From positions 2,666,001 through 2,730,000 of the forward strand of contig NC_027218.1 of NCBI RefSeq assembly GCF_000981445.1: a DNA stretch of 64,000 bases, read 5' to 3'. Below are positions 34,110-46,186 of the stretch, in pieces. Position 1 is the first letter of the stretch; every line of letters starts with the position of its first letter. The notes under the pieces were generated by a model. It worked only from the letters and a program-made list of their open reading frames with translations. It was not told the DNA's origin and searched no databases. A program made the translations under genes and the position numbers. This DNA comes from Babesia bigemina (taxonomy: Eukaryota).

Positions 34110-35165
34110 CTATGATCCTTCTCGGCTCGCGTTAGATCGGGAGACGATGTCCGTTATGTAGAGGCGGATGCCTCGCTTTGCCAGCAGCTGCGCGAAGTAC
34201 ATCAGGCCCTCCTCACCGCCGGTGTGGCGGCACTTGATGGTGCCGGTGCCGTTACAGATGTGCGATATTATGTTGCGATCCAGGTGGATCGATACCACCT
34301 GCATGTCGGCCTTGTGCGCCAGCTCCTCGATGTCACGCTCCGACATCAGCGCATCGATGCAGGACATCCGCATGGCAACCACCTCCCACTCCGGATCGCG
34401 TGGCATCACTGTCCGGGTGCCGCCGATGATGGTCCTCTCCGTAACCAGGGGTGCCTTGAAATTGGGGCTTTCATCGGTGATGTCATGCTGCTGGCCACCG
34501 GGAGACCGGCCGGGCGAAGCGTACTCAGAGGGCCGTGCTGTCGGAGAGCTACCCACATCACGTTCCTGTTTCCGTTTATCGGATTCCTGCGTGTCATTGA
34601 AGATGCAGCAGTGGCGCATGATGCGCTGCCTGTTCGCCTCCAACTCGGACATAGGAGCGCCAGGTTTCACCGCAGGCGGGTCCGCCGGTGGAGGGTCACG
34701 GAACACACGATTGTAGCGGGCGTACTGCTGGCGCAGCTTGTCTTGAAGGGACTGCTTGGGGCTGGTGACCCCTTCCTCCGTCGATGCCGGCAAAGGGGCC
34801 GTGTCGCCGTACCTGTGGTTCCATCCCCGGTAGTTCCGAGGCGACGGCGCCTGCTCATAGGTATTGCTCGGAAAAGCGGCTGGCGCGCGTTTCATCCCGC
34901 TGTGTAGCAGCAGGTTACAGCGCGCAGCGAAGTCCCTTGTACAGCGACTGGAGGACAGGCCGGCGGCGGGCAACGTACTGGTGTCTACAGGCGGATTCCA
35001 GTCACACTTGGAGTTCCTGCGCTGTTGCGGACGACCGTGCGTCGATGGCATGCAGCTGTTGCTTCTTTTTCCGCTATGCCCCGCACTTGAGTTTACATCG
35101 CGTTCCATTGACGTTTCCAGAACTATATGGCTCATCGTACTTCCCAGTCCGGGCAATATTGCCAC
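34110..35165 (-). CDS. Hypothetical protein with low-complexity N-terminus and compact (RRM-like?) C-terminal domain
   Basis: 351-aa ORF; start codon uncertain. Confidence 0.6.
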   Translation of the reverse strand: MAILPGLGSTMSHIVLETSMERDVNSSAGHSGKRSNSCMPSTHGRPQQRRNSKCDWNPPVDTSTLPAAGLSSSRCTRDFAARCNLLLHSGMKRAPAAFPSNTYEQAPSPRNYRGWNHRYGDTAPLPASTEEGVTSPKQSLQDKLRQQYARYNRVFRDPPPADPPAVKPGAPMSELEANRQRIMRHCCIFNDTQESDKRKQERDVGSSPTARPSEYASPGRSPGGQQHDITDESPNFKAPLVTERTIIGGTRTVMPRDPEWEVVAMRMSCIDALMSERDIEELAHKADMQVVSIHLDRNIISHICNGTGTIKCRHTGGEEGLMYFAQLLAKRGIRLYITDIVSRSNASREGS

Positions 35166-35540
35166 TGTTCGTTGGATGTGTGGATATTAAATACGCAGAA
35201 CGCGTTGCGAGTGTGTACGTTATAGGGGTAGCAACGCGTACGGCCACGGTTACCGCCCAGCGGAATCGCTAAACACGCCAAACAAAACACATATAAGGAC
35301 CACACCGAGGCAGTTTGATTGTGCCATGTCATCGCGCATGATGTATGACCCGTCCTGAGCTGGTCTAACTGTCGCGCGTGTATGCCAACGTACGTCCGAA
35401 CGCACTTGAAATATCGCATTTAAGAATTTCGGCCCATGTATGACGAAATTACTGCGTGAAACAATCGCACTAAGGAATTGACGGCTTGAAAACGCTCTGC
35501 AAGGGAAACTGGTGACGCTGGCTTTCTGCCGGTAGACACA

Positions 35541-36573
35541 ATGGCGACTCGGCCGGAGCATCTGGCTCCGCCGGAGATTGTAGGTTGCCTAGAGCTGAAC
35601 ATACACAACTGTACAGTATTACAATAGCGAAGAAGCTCGCCGGTACACCGTAAATACGCATATCCGAGACATCCAGGTCGAGATGAGCCAGCGGGCCACC
35701 GAGATGCTGTTGCTGCCGGAGGTAGGCCCGAGTTTGGGGGAGTATACCTTTCGCAGGATGAATGCTGTCTCGTGCTGGATATCGGATGCGGCAGCGGTCT
35801 GAGCGGCTCGGTGCTCAACGACCACAACAATTTCTGGATAGGCATAGACATCAGCGCTTTCATGCTGGGTAGGCGGAACTTCGAAGTGCATTCTTAAGCT
35901 GTGCGCAGAGGAGGCTGTGCGGAACGAGTGCGACAAGGAAGGCGATATGATCCTTGGCGACATCGGCGAACCAATGAACTTCAAGCCCCAAAGCTTCGAC
36001 GGGGCCATCAGCATCAGTGCGCTGCAGTGGCTCTGCGTCGCCAACAAGAGCTCGCACGACCCCTACAAACGCCTCTTGACATTCTTCAAGTGGTTATATC
36101 GCAGCCTAAACTATGGTGCCCGCGCAGCCATCCAGTTTTACCCGGAGAACGCGGAGCAGATTGAGATGATCACCTCCGCTGCCACGCGCTGCAACTTCGG
36201 CGGCGGGCTTGTTGTTGACTTCCCCGAGTCCACGAAGGCGAAGAAGTATGTGACAACCGATACGTAAAGGTGACTTTGTTCAGGTATTACCTGTGCATAT
36301 GGGCAGGCATGACGGGAATACCGCAGAAAATGCCGCAGGCATTAATGGACGTGGAGTCGGATGAGGAAGAGACGGTTAAGACAGGCGGCGGAATGCCGAA
36401 GCGGAATAAAAGGCAGAAAAAGCAAGAGAGTCTACGTCAGCGCATCATCAACAAGAAACAGCAGCAACGCAGAAGGGTGAGTTGCTCTTATCGCTATTGG
36501 TCACAATGTTTAGGGTATCGAAACCAGGCCCGACACCAAGTATACGGGTAGAGCGAGGCCGGGACGCTTTTAA
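35541..36573 (+). CDS. BUD23: 18S rRNA guanine-N7 methyltransferase, multi-exon
   Basis: [65 protein letters not shown]. Confidence 0.93.
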
Positions 36574-36604
36574 CACGTTTCCAATCGTTCTGTCATTAAT
36601 AAAG

Positions 36605-38854
36605 TCACGACGATGTCGTTTCCACTTTGGGGCTCCTCATGACTAGCAGCTGAGGCAGGTGTCTCCAACCCGATGGGCTCTGCATATGCGTGTGCTATTA
36701 GCGGTTTCGTGCACTAACGAGGTCGTTGGTGTTGCCAATGATTTCGCACTGGCTCACGTTCTTCATAAAGTAGTTTGAGACGAGCTGGGAGCCATGATAA
36801 CCCTGGACTGTGCACCTACTGTCAGATTGGTCCTGACGGCGCATCGTGTCTTGTCGCCGAGGTAGACTGCAACTTGTCAATGGGAAGGTATGGAACAAAC
36901 CCAGTGACGTGTATTTCTTGTTATTAGGATTCTTGTCCTTGCCTTTGTATGGGTGCAACCTACGGAAGCTGTCGACGAGACGCCTGCAACATTCTAGCGG
37001 CGAAACCGCATAAGCTCACCCTGCCAGCAGTATCCACTTGTAGCCCTCGCGGTCTGCCGGCCTGCATCCCGGGAAACCCGTATGGCCCTGCGCCACATGC
37101 ATACCACATATTGCCAATATAGCGTACCGAGTTGTGCAAAACAGGTGAACTCTCCATTTTGAGTTTTTCCGAGTCCGACAGGTCGATGTCCTCAGGGGCA
37201 CTGTTGAAGATGTGGCTAAAAATCCCTTCGACGTACCAGTTGAGGTATCCGCAAAGAACCACCGCTTTCGTGTCTGCGCATGTGAATTGCAATCACGTGA
37301 GGGCTACAAACCCTTCAAGTTGTGAAGCAAGTGGGCGAGGTCCCTTTGCCACTGCTTCTTCTGCTTCAAGTTAGCTGTGTCCCATCCGTTAATGGGCGAC
37401 ATCCTGAAGTTAACCATCAGGAATCAGCGGCTGCAAACTAACACGCATAACAGATTGTAGCTTTTGAATTGTAGCATGATTGCCCTGCCCTCCTGCGGAA
37501 GTGTTGCATGTTATATGGAGTTCTTGAACCTACCGGATGGTGGTACTTCGCATTCAACTTCGTACTGAGACCGAACCTCGCCGTAATGTACTGCACGAAT
37601 TAGCGGGATTGCCTGATGACAAACCGTAAAGCACTTTTTGATGAATATTAACTGGCCGCCAATCCTCCAGCTGGCGAGGGAGTGGACGAGGTGGTACCTC
37701 CTAAAGATGCTCTTCTTTATCTCGTCGATAAGTTTCCCATCTTTAAATTGCTGATCATACGAAATGTTGGTGGCCCTCCCGTCTCCTTTTTCCACCACTT
37801 TGGGGCAAAAGCCTGGGTTGGTATGGTGAACCGTTACGTGGGCCCTACCGATCATTGGAGACTCGCAGAGCTTCACGTTTTGCAGCACGACGATATCCTG
37901 AGAAGGGATTAATACGCCCCAACTACAAACAAACCGGTTTTAACCCCTCCACTAGCTGTGTAAAACGACTCCACACGTTCTTTCGGTGCACTATTTCGCC
38001 CAACCCGGAGACGTTCCACGTCATTATGGTTCGCGGGTCGTCCGGATGGAGCTTGTCGATGCGGTCTCCGCTTGGCAAGAACTCTTCTACAGATACTTCC
38101 GACGTGGCATCAGATACGGTTGCCGTATCCAAATCCTCGTCATTTTCTGCCAGCAGCGGGTTTATCTTATCCGCCTCCTCTGTATCACGTGAGACACTTT
38201 CATGTTTCACCTACCGTAGTTCTCTTCTTGCATCTCATTTATGGTGCTATCCGTCGTGTTGGATACGGTGTGATCCATGTCGCCCGAGATATTCCTGTTT
38301 ACGAGGGGGGCGTCCCCGGATTCCGCATTGTATGACTGCAGGGCGCTATGCAGTGCTGCGCTCAACTCGCTGGTGTTCATTCCCCAATCAGCCTCATCGC
38401 TATAATCAGACGACACGGTCTTGTCATCGGCTAGGTCCCCCGATTTACCGTCACCGGTTATAGGAGCCGATCCATCGTCACCGGCTAGAGGCACTGATTC
38501 ATCATCGTTTGTCGTCGGTGACACGTCTGCTGTGGCCGCCGCATCGTCAGCATGTTCACTTTCTGTTGTTTCAGTATCAACTGGTGGCTCACCGGAGATT
38601 AATTCATCACCGGTGAGTTCTGGAATTTTACCTCCGGCCACGTCGGCTAGATTTTCCCCTTCGCCGAGACCGTTAGCCTCTGCGGTGTCCGTTTCATTGT
38701 CGATTTTGGCACCCAATGTTGGCGCTTGTTGCTCACTATCGCCAGTTACAGGTTTTGACAGATCTTCAATGGTCTCGATGGTAATAACCACGGTGGTCGA
38801 TCCGACACGGACCTCATGCCGGAACAGCTGCTTGGGCGCATGTTCTGACGTCAT
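36605..38854 (-). CDS. ExoIII/APE1-family (EEP) protein with long acidic N-terminus and degenerate active site, multi-exon
   Basis: IMTWNVSGL, DIVVLQNVK, VVLCGYLN, FPGC...REG, LVDSFR.LHP...KYT, WRHLP; exon limits approximate. Confidence 0.7.
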
Positions 38855-39493
38855 TTTGAGCTACCGATTGCTTATAAGTTTGTATTTGAGTGTGGACGAC
38901 AGTTTTTGTAACGGTGGCCGAAAATTAATTCAGCCATAGTTCGGCGACCAGGGATACTAGGCACCGCTGGTGTCTCCGTGTATGAATACTATTCAGAGAG
39001 CCGCGTATAATCCATGCCGTAGACACATAAAATCGGCACTTAGCTACAGTGTGAGATATTTCGCAAACGTCGGAAATGTATCAGGACTTTTCTAATAAGA
39101 TGGAATTTTTAGAAGACTCGACTACCATAAGACATCACCAGAAACGCCGAATGGACACATAGACACGTAGAGACGAATACAGATAAGAAAATCGCAACTG
39201 TGGCCGTTAGAATACGTAGACATCCACGGCTTACGCGCATTTAGATGACGATACGTACGTGGATTGTATTACGTTGCTCGAATAACCACAAATCTTCACC
39301 TTCTTCATCACCGCATTTACTACACACATATAACATAATTACGGTACGGTTTATCACGTTGTGGATGGCCAACTCGTAGATGTGTAACGACCTCGTATAG
39401 TGCCGCTGGCGCGATGGGGACTGTTGTAACTTTACGGGGTATCCGTAGCCTAGGCGCGGCAGATTCCATATATCGCATTATAAATATCGCAAA

Positions 39494-41908
39494 ATGGCGG
39501 CTCGGGTGCAGCACCAGCTCGAGGACATGGTCCCCGAGCTGCGCAGGTTCTCGGAACTGCAGCTGTTCACGGAATCCGAGGTACAGGACATAGTGAAGTG
39601 CCGCCGAAAGTACGAGTACGCTGTAATCAGTACCGACCCCGTTTATGCGCGAAACTCCTTCAGGGAGTACATCCGGTACGAGGTGGAGCTCGACCGCCTT
39701 CTCCAGGAGCGGTTGCGGCAGGCGAAGTCCAAGGAAGAAAAGTTGGTCACTGTCTGATTGTGTATTCACCGTATTCGCAGGTCCGACGTGCGTTACAATG
39801 TTCCCGCGGAGCACGGCAAGGTCCCCATTAAGGTGACAGTGCGACGTCGCATCCACCGCATCTTCAACCGGTGCCTGAAAAGGTTCGGAACGGAAGTAGA
39901 GCTGTGGAAAGAGTACTGCGCATTCTGTTATCGCATCAAGGCTTTCAATGTGCTGAATCGCGCCATCATGGGCGCCCTGTCGAAGAATCCGACGTGCGAG
40001 GCGCTGTGGAAGGTGGCCACGCAGTACACCATGACCCTGAAGGGCAGCGTGGCCGCACGTAGAGTGGTGAAAATGGCCCTGCGTGCAAACCCGCGGAGCT
40101 TGTCACTGTTCACGCTGCTGTTGGAACTTGAAGTGCAGGTCACGCAGCGTCTTGCCGACTACGCCAAGTCCGGAGAGGACGGGAGCCCGGGCGAGGTGGA
40201 CCCAGAAGAGATCTCCACCAAGACCTGGAGCACCATAATGCGCCACGCACTTAAATCGTTGAAAGGCAGTGACATTTTTAAGATGCTGTTCTTCGGAGCG
40301 ACGGTCTGCGCGCGTGTACAGCGCGCGCCGGGTTTCGCGAATGCGCTCGGCGACTACGGCGAGTTCTCCTCGCTGGTGTTCAACGAGATGTTCAACCGGA
40401 GGCTGCCTCACCCCGTGCTGGGCCTATACGTGTGGCAGCACCGACTGCTGGAATCGCTGTTGGTGCACCGCAGCGAACCTTCCGATGCATGCCCGCCGCC
40501 TGAAACCGTCTTCGGCGAGATGGTGGAGGACTGCGCGTCCAGTCCGGCAATGATGCCTGTCGTGTGCCGTTTCATCAATGTTGTAATCGCGTCTGAGGAT
40601 GACACCACGCCAGAAGCGGGCGCAACGTCTGGTGGAGCAGACGAGCCCTCGTGGGTGATGGACGTAGACGGCTCGCAACCGGACGTCACAAGCACCAATA
40701 AGCGCTCCGCCACCGAATCTGCACCTTCGGAATCGGACGACCCAGAGATAGACGCTTGCTGCGGTGGCATTGATAGCGTGAAGGATATATGCTTCCTGAG
40801 GCCAACGTCAGACGGATTTGAAAGCTCGACACAGCAGTGCGAATACGTGAGGGGGATGATAGATGCAAAGCAGCTGCGGGCTCTCGGCGCTTTGTTCCGA
40901 AAGCATTTCGCGGGCGTAGTTAGCGCATCAGCATCCAAGTTAGGCCCTATCGCCCTAAGATCGCAAGGTAACGATATCGCGGAGGCTCTGCTGTCATCGG
41001 ATGACGACCTATTGCGGCTAGTTGCGTTACAAGTAACGCAAAGCACCGCGAAATCGCACAGCGTCTCCGGATATAGTTTGGCCATCGAGTTTTCTCGTCA
41101 CGTGGACTCGGCATGCCTCGCACCGTTCGTCGCCATGGTGAATCGGAGCATCCTGCATAGCCTCAGGAGCACCCATATCAAGGAGAGCTCGAAGTCGGGC
41201 ATGCTTATACGCCTTATAGAGTGGGAGCATCTCTCAGACGCTGCTAAAATTGAAGCCGCGCGTAACGTGTCCGTCGACCTCACGAGGCAGCAATTGCTTC
41301 AGGGCGTGACGGCCGCAGTCAAGCTGGCGGGGAGCGACGCGCACCTGGTGGAAATTGTCGTGCATCTGCTCGATTTGAGCGCAAAGGTTATCATCGACGA
41401 TTTTACGGGGTCCGGAGACCTCGTGGCTACAGTTTTTAATGCAGTGAGCAAAAGAATAATCGACCCCGTCGGCCACCTCCGCCAGTACCGCACCAACAAT
41501 CGCAGCTCGCGGAATGCGGCCCTTCTGTGCGTAGTGATATCGTTCTGGCAGGTGGACTGCACTATGTCCAGCCTTAAGGAGAAGCTCGGTGGAAACGGCT
41601 TCGGCGGTTTCACGAGCAAACGTTCGGGCGCGTCGCCGGCCGCGTACGCTAAGGAAGCACGCGAGGTCATAAATCTGTGCGATGCCGCAGTTATGGCTTG
41701 CGATTCAGTGAACGTTAGTGACGTCGGCCTTAAGTTGGGGCTGCGCAACCGCTGTTGGCAGCTCTACGTGCAGTGCGCCAAAGCACTGGAGCAGCTGGAC
41801 TTCGAGACCATGGTTTTGAACCTGCACAGCTACAACTTCTCGTCGGATGCTGTTGCCGCGCGTGCGTACGCGCAGTTGGGCTCGGCGTTCGTCACGAACA
41901 GTGTATGA
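39494..41908 (+). CDS. UTP6: U3 snoRNP-associated protein 6 (intron 39742-39780)
   Basis: MAARVQHQLEDMVPEL...EVQDIVKCRRKYEY...YIRYEVEL; HAT-like repeats (ELWKEY, ALWK). Confidence 0.85.
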
Positions 41909-41923
41909 ATTTTGGCCCAGATT

Positions 41924-42948
41924 TCATCTCCAGCTTGCCTTGTACTCGTCTGTATGCACGATTTTCTTGCGTTTCTCCTTGCGATTTGTTTGCGATTCGG
42001 CGATGGTGCCCCGTTTGGTTCCCTCGACGTCAGGACGCTGCTCACGCTTGGGATCGACGGTCCTGAACGCCTGGAGCTTGAAGTCCTTGGTGGTGACCTT
42101 GCCCTGCGGCGGCATTGGGGGGCGGCGTGGAGGGCACGCACCTGGAAGCTGCGCCAGCTGGTGACGCGTAGATCTCGGGTCTTGTCCCACTCCACCTGGT
42201 GGTTGAGCTGCTGCTTCTCCAGCTCGACCTGCTCAGCGGCCAGCTGCGAACGTTGAGCTTTTGAACGGCATCACGACTAACCTGTTTCTCGTACTCCATG
42301 TTCGCGCGCACGCATTTTTCCGCGTACTCGCGGCGCTCCTGCTGCTTGCGCAGGATCTCGTCGCACTCCCGCTGTATTTCGTTCTCGATCTGCTGTATGT
42401 CGCTGTCGAGCACCCCGGCTGCGATAAGGTCGAGCGTCGTGGCGTTGGGGTTCGCCTTGTGGCGCTTGTAGACGATCTTCTTGGCCTCCTCGTACACGAG
42501 CTTGTACTTTTCCTTGGAGTCCGACTTCTGGATCTCGTTGAAGGCGTTGAGCAGCACTGCTCGCATTATCGGTCACAACGAGTCGGCCTTACCGTTGAAC
42601 GCCTCCTGCGCCTTCTCGTGCTTGAATTTGTCAGGGTGGATCAGCAGGGAGATCTGAGTGCCTATGCCAAGCGCCTGGCTTAGCCTACCTTGCGATAGCG
42701 TTTCTTGATCTCCTCCTCGGTGGCGTCGTGCTTGAGCTGCAGCACCTGGTAGGGGCTCGCGAAGGTCTGCGACGTGAGCCTCAGACACATCTCCTTGGCG
42801 TTGAAGGTCATGATGTCGGCGTCGCTCTTCGCTTTGCCTGCCAGCGATGACGTTTTGCGTCGTGGAGCGTACCAATGGATTCGATCTCGGAGAAGAAGAA
42901 GTTGAGGACGTCGTCCTCCTCAGGCGGCTTCGCAGCCTCCTCGGCCAT
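41924..42948 (-). CDS. DNAJC8: DnaJ subfamily C member 8 (Spf31-like), multi-exon
   Basis: [39 protein letters not shown]. Confidence 0.85.
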
Positions 42949-43228
42949 TTTGCCACTATCGCCGGTTGCCATTTCCGACCGGCGAAAGAGCCACTGGTCG
43001 CTGTCCAGTTAACACCTCAGGGAACAACAGCCCGCATCGGAAGACAGCGGCAACAGCCTACACATCTAAGTGGAATTCTACCCTTAAGTTTGTTACAAAT
43101 GACATAGTACACCACGTACTTTGTGGGTGCAATATGACGGCCGGGCGCACGTCGCGCGGCTGATGCGAACATGGCAACGCCCGCGGCGCGGCTTCTGTCA
43201 CCTACGGCCGCTGCGATGGCACGGGCGC

Positions 43229-43754
43229 TCAGTAGCAATCGCCTTCCTCGGGTTGCGGCAGGCGCCTGTTGGCTGGCATTGCCATGTGGCGCCGGATGTC
43301 AACCAGCACGGCCTCGATGGAGCTCGTGCGCTTCCAGTTCTTGAGCCCGGGGAAGTAGTTCGCCATGACCTGAAGCTGTGTTAGCTCTTGCGCAGGCGGG
43401 CACTTACGTTGCCAAATTGGTCGACTCCGGGCAGGTTGATGCGCGTCAGGAACTTGACCACCGGCGGCACGTCCGGGTATTGCTCGCCGCAGTACACTTC
43501 GAGACAGTAGATCCTGTTCTCAAACACGGTCTGCACGATTTGGTGAGCTGCGCGGAGCACTTACTCCTGGGTAGCCCAGAATGGTGCACGACCAGTTCGA
43601 CAGCGTGATGTCGTCCGGCCGCTCCAGCCCGAAGGAGACCCACTCGCTGACGGAACCCTTCTGGCCGCGCTCGAGCTCGTCTAGCAGCTTGAAACTCCTC
43701 GGAACTTTAATCTGCAGCGTGTATCGCGCGCGAGAGAGCGCTCACCTCGTCCAT
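43229..43754 (-). CDS. MMS2: Ubiquitin-conjugating enzyme variant, 4 exons
   Basis: [23 protein letters not shown]...[25 protein letters not shown]. Confidence 0.93.
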
Positions 43755-43989
43755 GATGCGCTGGCCTGGATGACACTCGCTTCTGCGTACTGGGTTCTTG
43801 TCTTGACAATCTGATCCGTTGCATCACACTGGATCAACGACTTGGTGGGTATTTGGAGCTGGACCGTCCGGGCAAAGTTATTGCTATTGGTGGTGCCGGC
43901 CGCCAGCGGCAGCACGCGTCACCGCCCTCGCGCTCCCGGGAGGCGGATACCCAGCCGCACGGGCAACGGTGCGACACGATCACAAAAGA

Positions 43990-44883
43990 TTAGAAGTGCT
44001 GTACAGGAAAGAGGTGGTCGAACTGAACGCGCCTCCGCGAAATGTCGGAGTTGAGCTCGTTGGACGGGTACCGCTCGTTGAGCAGCGGGACCACGTCGCT
44101 CGCCGTGGAAAGCTTCCGCAGAAACGGGAGCAGCTGTACGAGCTCGCGGTCGTTGCGGTTGTCGTGCCACGACGAAACCGGTATCGCGTTGTTCGGCTGC
44201 AGGTAGTACGATACGGGTGTGTTGTCGATGATGACAATGTCCTTGGGGTCGCGATCGAAAATGTCGAGGTCCTTGATGTAGCACCCGTTCCAGTGCGTGC
44301 AGTATTCCCTGAAAAGCCTTCCGCGTATGCGTCGCTCGCAGTCTATGACGTCGATGACCGGGTTCGCGTAGTCCTGGGTGGCAGCGGTGAATATGACCAC
44401 CTCAAACATGCGGGTGGCCGCGGAGACGAACTCCCTCGCGAACGGCCGCAAATTGACGTACACGTGCCTGCTCTTGTTTTCTCCCTGCAAAGAGAGCGTT
44501 ACGTCGTGCCCTCCTTTATTCTCGAAAGATGAGTGCACGAGGGTCTCGTCCAGATCCAGAACGAGCGTCTTTTTCTGCACGGACGTGAATGTGCGAGTTG
44601 AAATCTGACTCACCCTCGGGTTGTCCACCCTCAAGACGGGGCTCTTCAGCGGCGCTCCAGACTTGGCGTCGCATTTCCCGTCGCACGAGTGGTTCTGGTC
44701 CTGCTGCCCACCCTGGGCCGTGTTTGAGTCCACAAGCTTGCAGCATCGCCCACCGGATATCTTTAACTTGCTGATTCCCGCTGTCAGTCTCATGGAAGCG
44801 AGGATCCGCCGCAGATAGTCACGCCTGCTGGGCTTTACGCCCATGGCCTTGACCTCTGTGCCAACCAAATTTTTTACTATCAT
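43990..44883 (-). CDS. CTD small phosphatase-like / NLI-interacting factor (FCP1/SCP HAD family)
   Basis: KKTLVLDLDETLVHS, FEVVIFTA, RLFREYC, YIKDL, IIDNTP; start at ATG 44883 or 44844. Confidence 0.9.
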   Translation of the reverse strand: MIVKNLVGTEVKAMGVKPSRRDYLRRILASMRLTAGISKLKISGGRCCKLVDSNTAQGGQQDQNHSCDGKCDAKSGAPLKSPVLRVDNPRVSQISTRTFTSVQKKTLVLDLDETLVHSSFENKGGHDVTLSLQGENKSRHVYVNLRPFAREFVSAATRMFEVVIFTAATQDYANPVIDVIDCERRIRGRLFREYCTHWNGCYIKDLDIFDRDPKDIVIIDNTPVSYYLQPNNAIPVSSWHDNRNDRELVQLLPFLRKLSTASDVVPLLNERYPSNELNSDISRRRVQFDHLFPVQHF

Positions 44884-46186
44884 GGCCAAAATCGCAAAAC
44901 AAATGAATCGTACAACGTCATCAAGCGCTGCTGGTGTTACCAACCCAGCGCTCCCACTTTCGGCCGACGGCGATTGCAGTCTTAAGGTTGCTTCACCTGA
45001 ACCCTCCGTTCACTTATCGGCAATCGAAATCCACAGTAACCGCATTATCTCGCGACCGCGGACGTAAAACTGCATTGGACAACCACGGAAGGCTCTAGTG
45101 CCGACGGATTCCTGTCTCAGTATGTTTATGCTCAAGGCTGCCAACGCTTTGAAGTGGTGGGTGTAGACGCCGCAGCTTGATCCGCTAAAAGACCACACGC
45201 AGCGCTACACACAGCTGCTCGCACACTTGCCGATTCCACCGACGGAGATGGCTTTGCTCCTTGACTGGCAAAAGGTTTATCGGTGACGGTTGCCTTCCAC
45301 TTGGAGACGGCAAATACTGCATTTAAATACGCTCGCTCAACACGCACGACTTCCGCCCCGCAATTGATCCGAACTACAGCCTAATTTTCAAATGTTAATA
45401 AAAATCTTGAAGGCGGGAACGGGAGATTCTGTCCTTCGGCAATCAGCGTTACTTCGCTTTTCCATTAACGGTGGTTTTTGCCACGGCGACAGGCGATCTG
45501 CAAATATGACTCTTTTAAATGGCGATTTTTACGCCTAGGGCCACACAAAACGGATGAAAAATCAAATGCCTCTGCAGCGTCCCTCAGGGCGCTCTTACAG
45601 TATTCAAAATCCGCAGTTGCCACGTTGTTGTGGCGAACCGAACTGCATAATGCAGGGCAATACACATAATAAACTTGTAAAATTGTGCTACGTTAACATT
45701 GGGAGACATTTACTTGATAATGCCGGCGTCGACGGTTCCTTCCTTCCTTCCACACGCTATGGTGCGGGAGCGGCCGTTATCCCGAAATGTCGACCTACTC
45801 AACTCCGCCGTCGCAAACTGGCTCATAATGCAAAATTAGATAGCTCGCTCGATTGTTTCGCAACACAGGGCATACAGATGTGTGTTTGTGTGTCGCTTCG
45901 CGACTCGCGGCCCGCCATTACTCCCGGCTCAGCCTTCCACGGCAATGCTGTCATGTATTCCGGCAGGACGCGCCGAGCCAATACATTTGGTTATGGCGGA
46001 TGTCTATTAGCCCATTAGCCGCCGCTTAACGGCATTTTCACGCAGTAGCGCCGGCCCACTCGCCGTATAGTGCGGGCGCGGCTTCTCACAGGTCACTTGT
46101 TCTTCGGTTGCGGCCGGTACACGGCTCGTCCAGTTGCCAAGATGTCGCGCCAGACGTCGCTTATAAATCGGCCGGAGACGGCCGAT

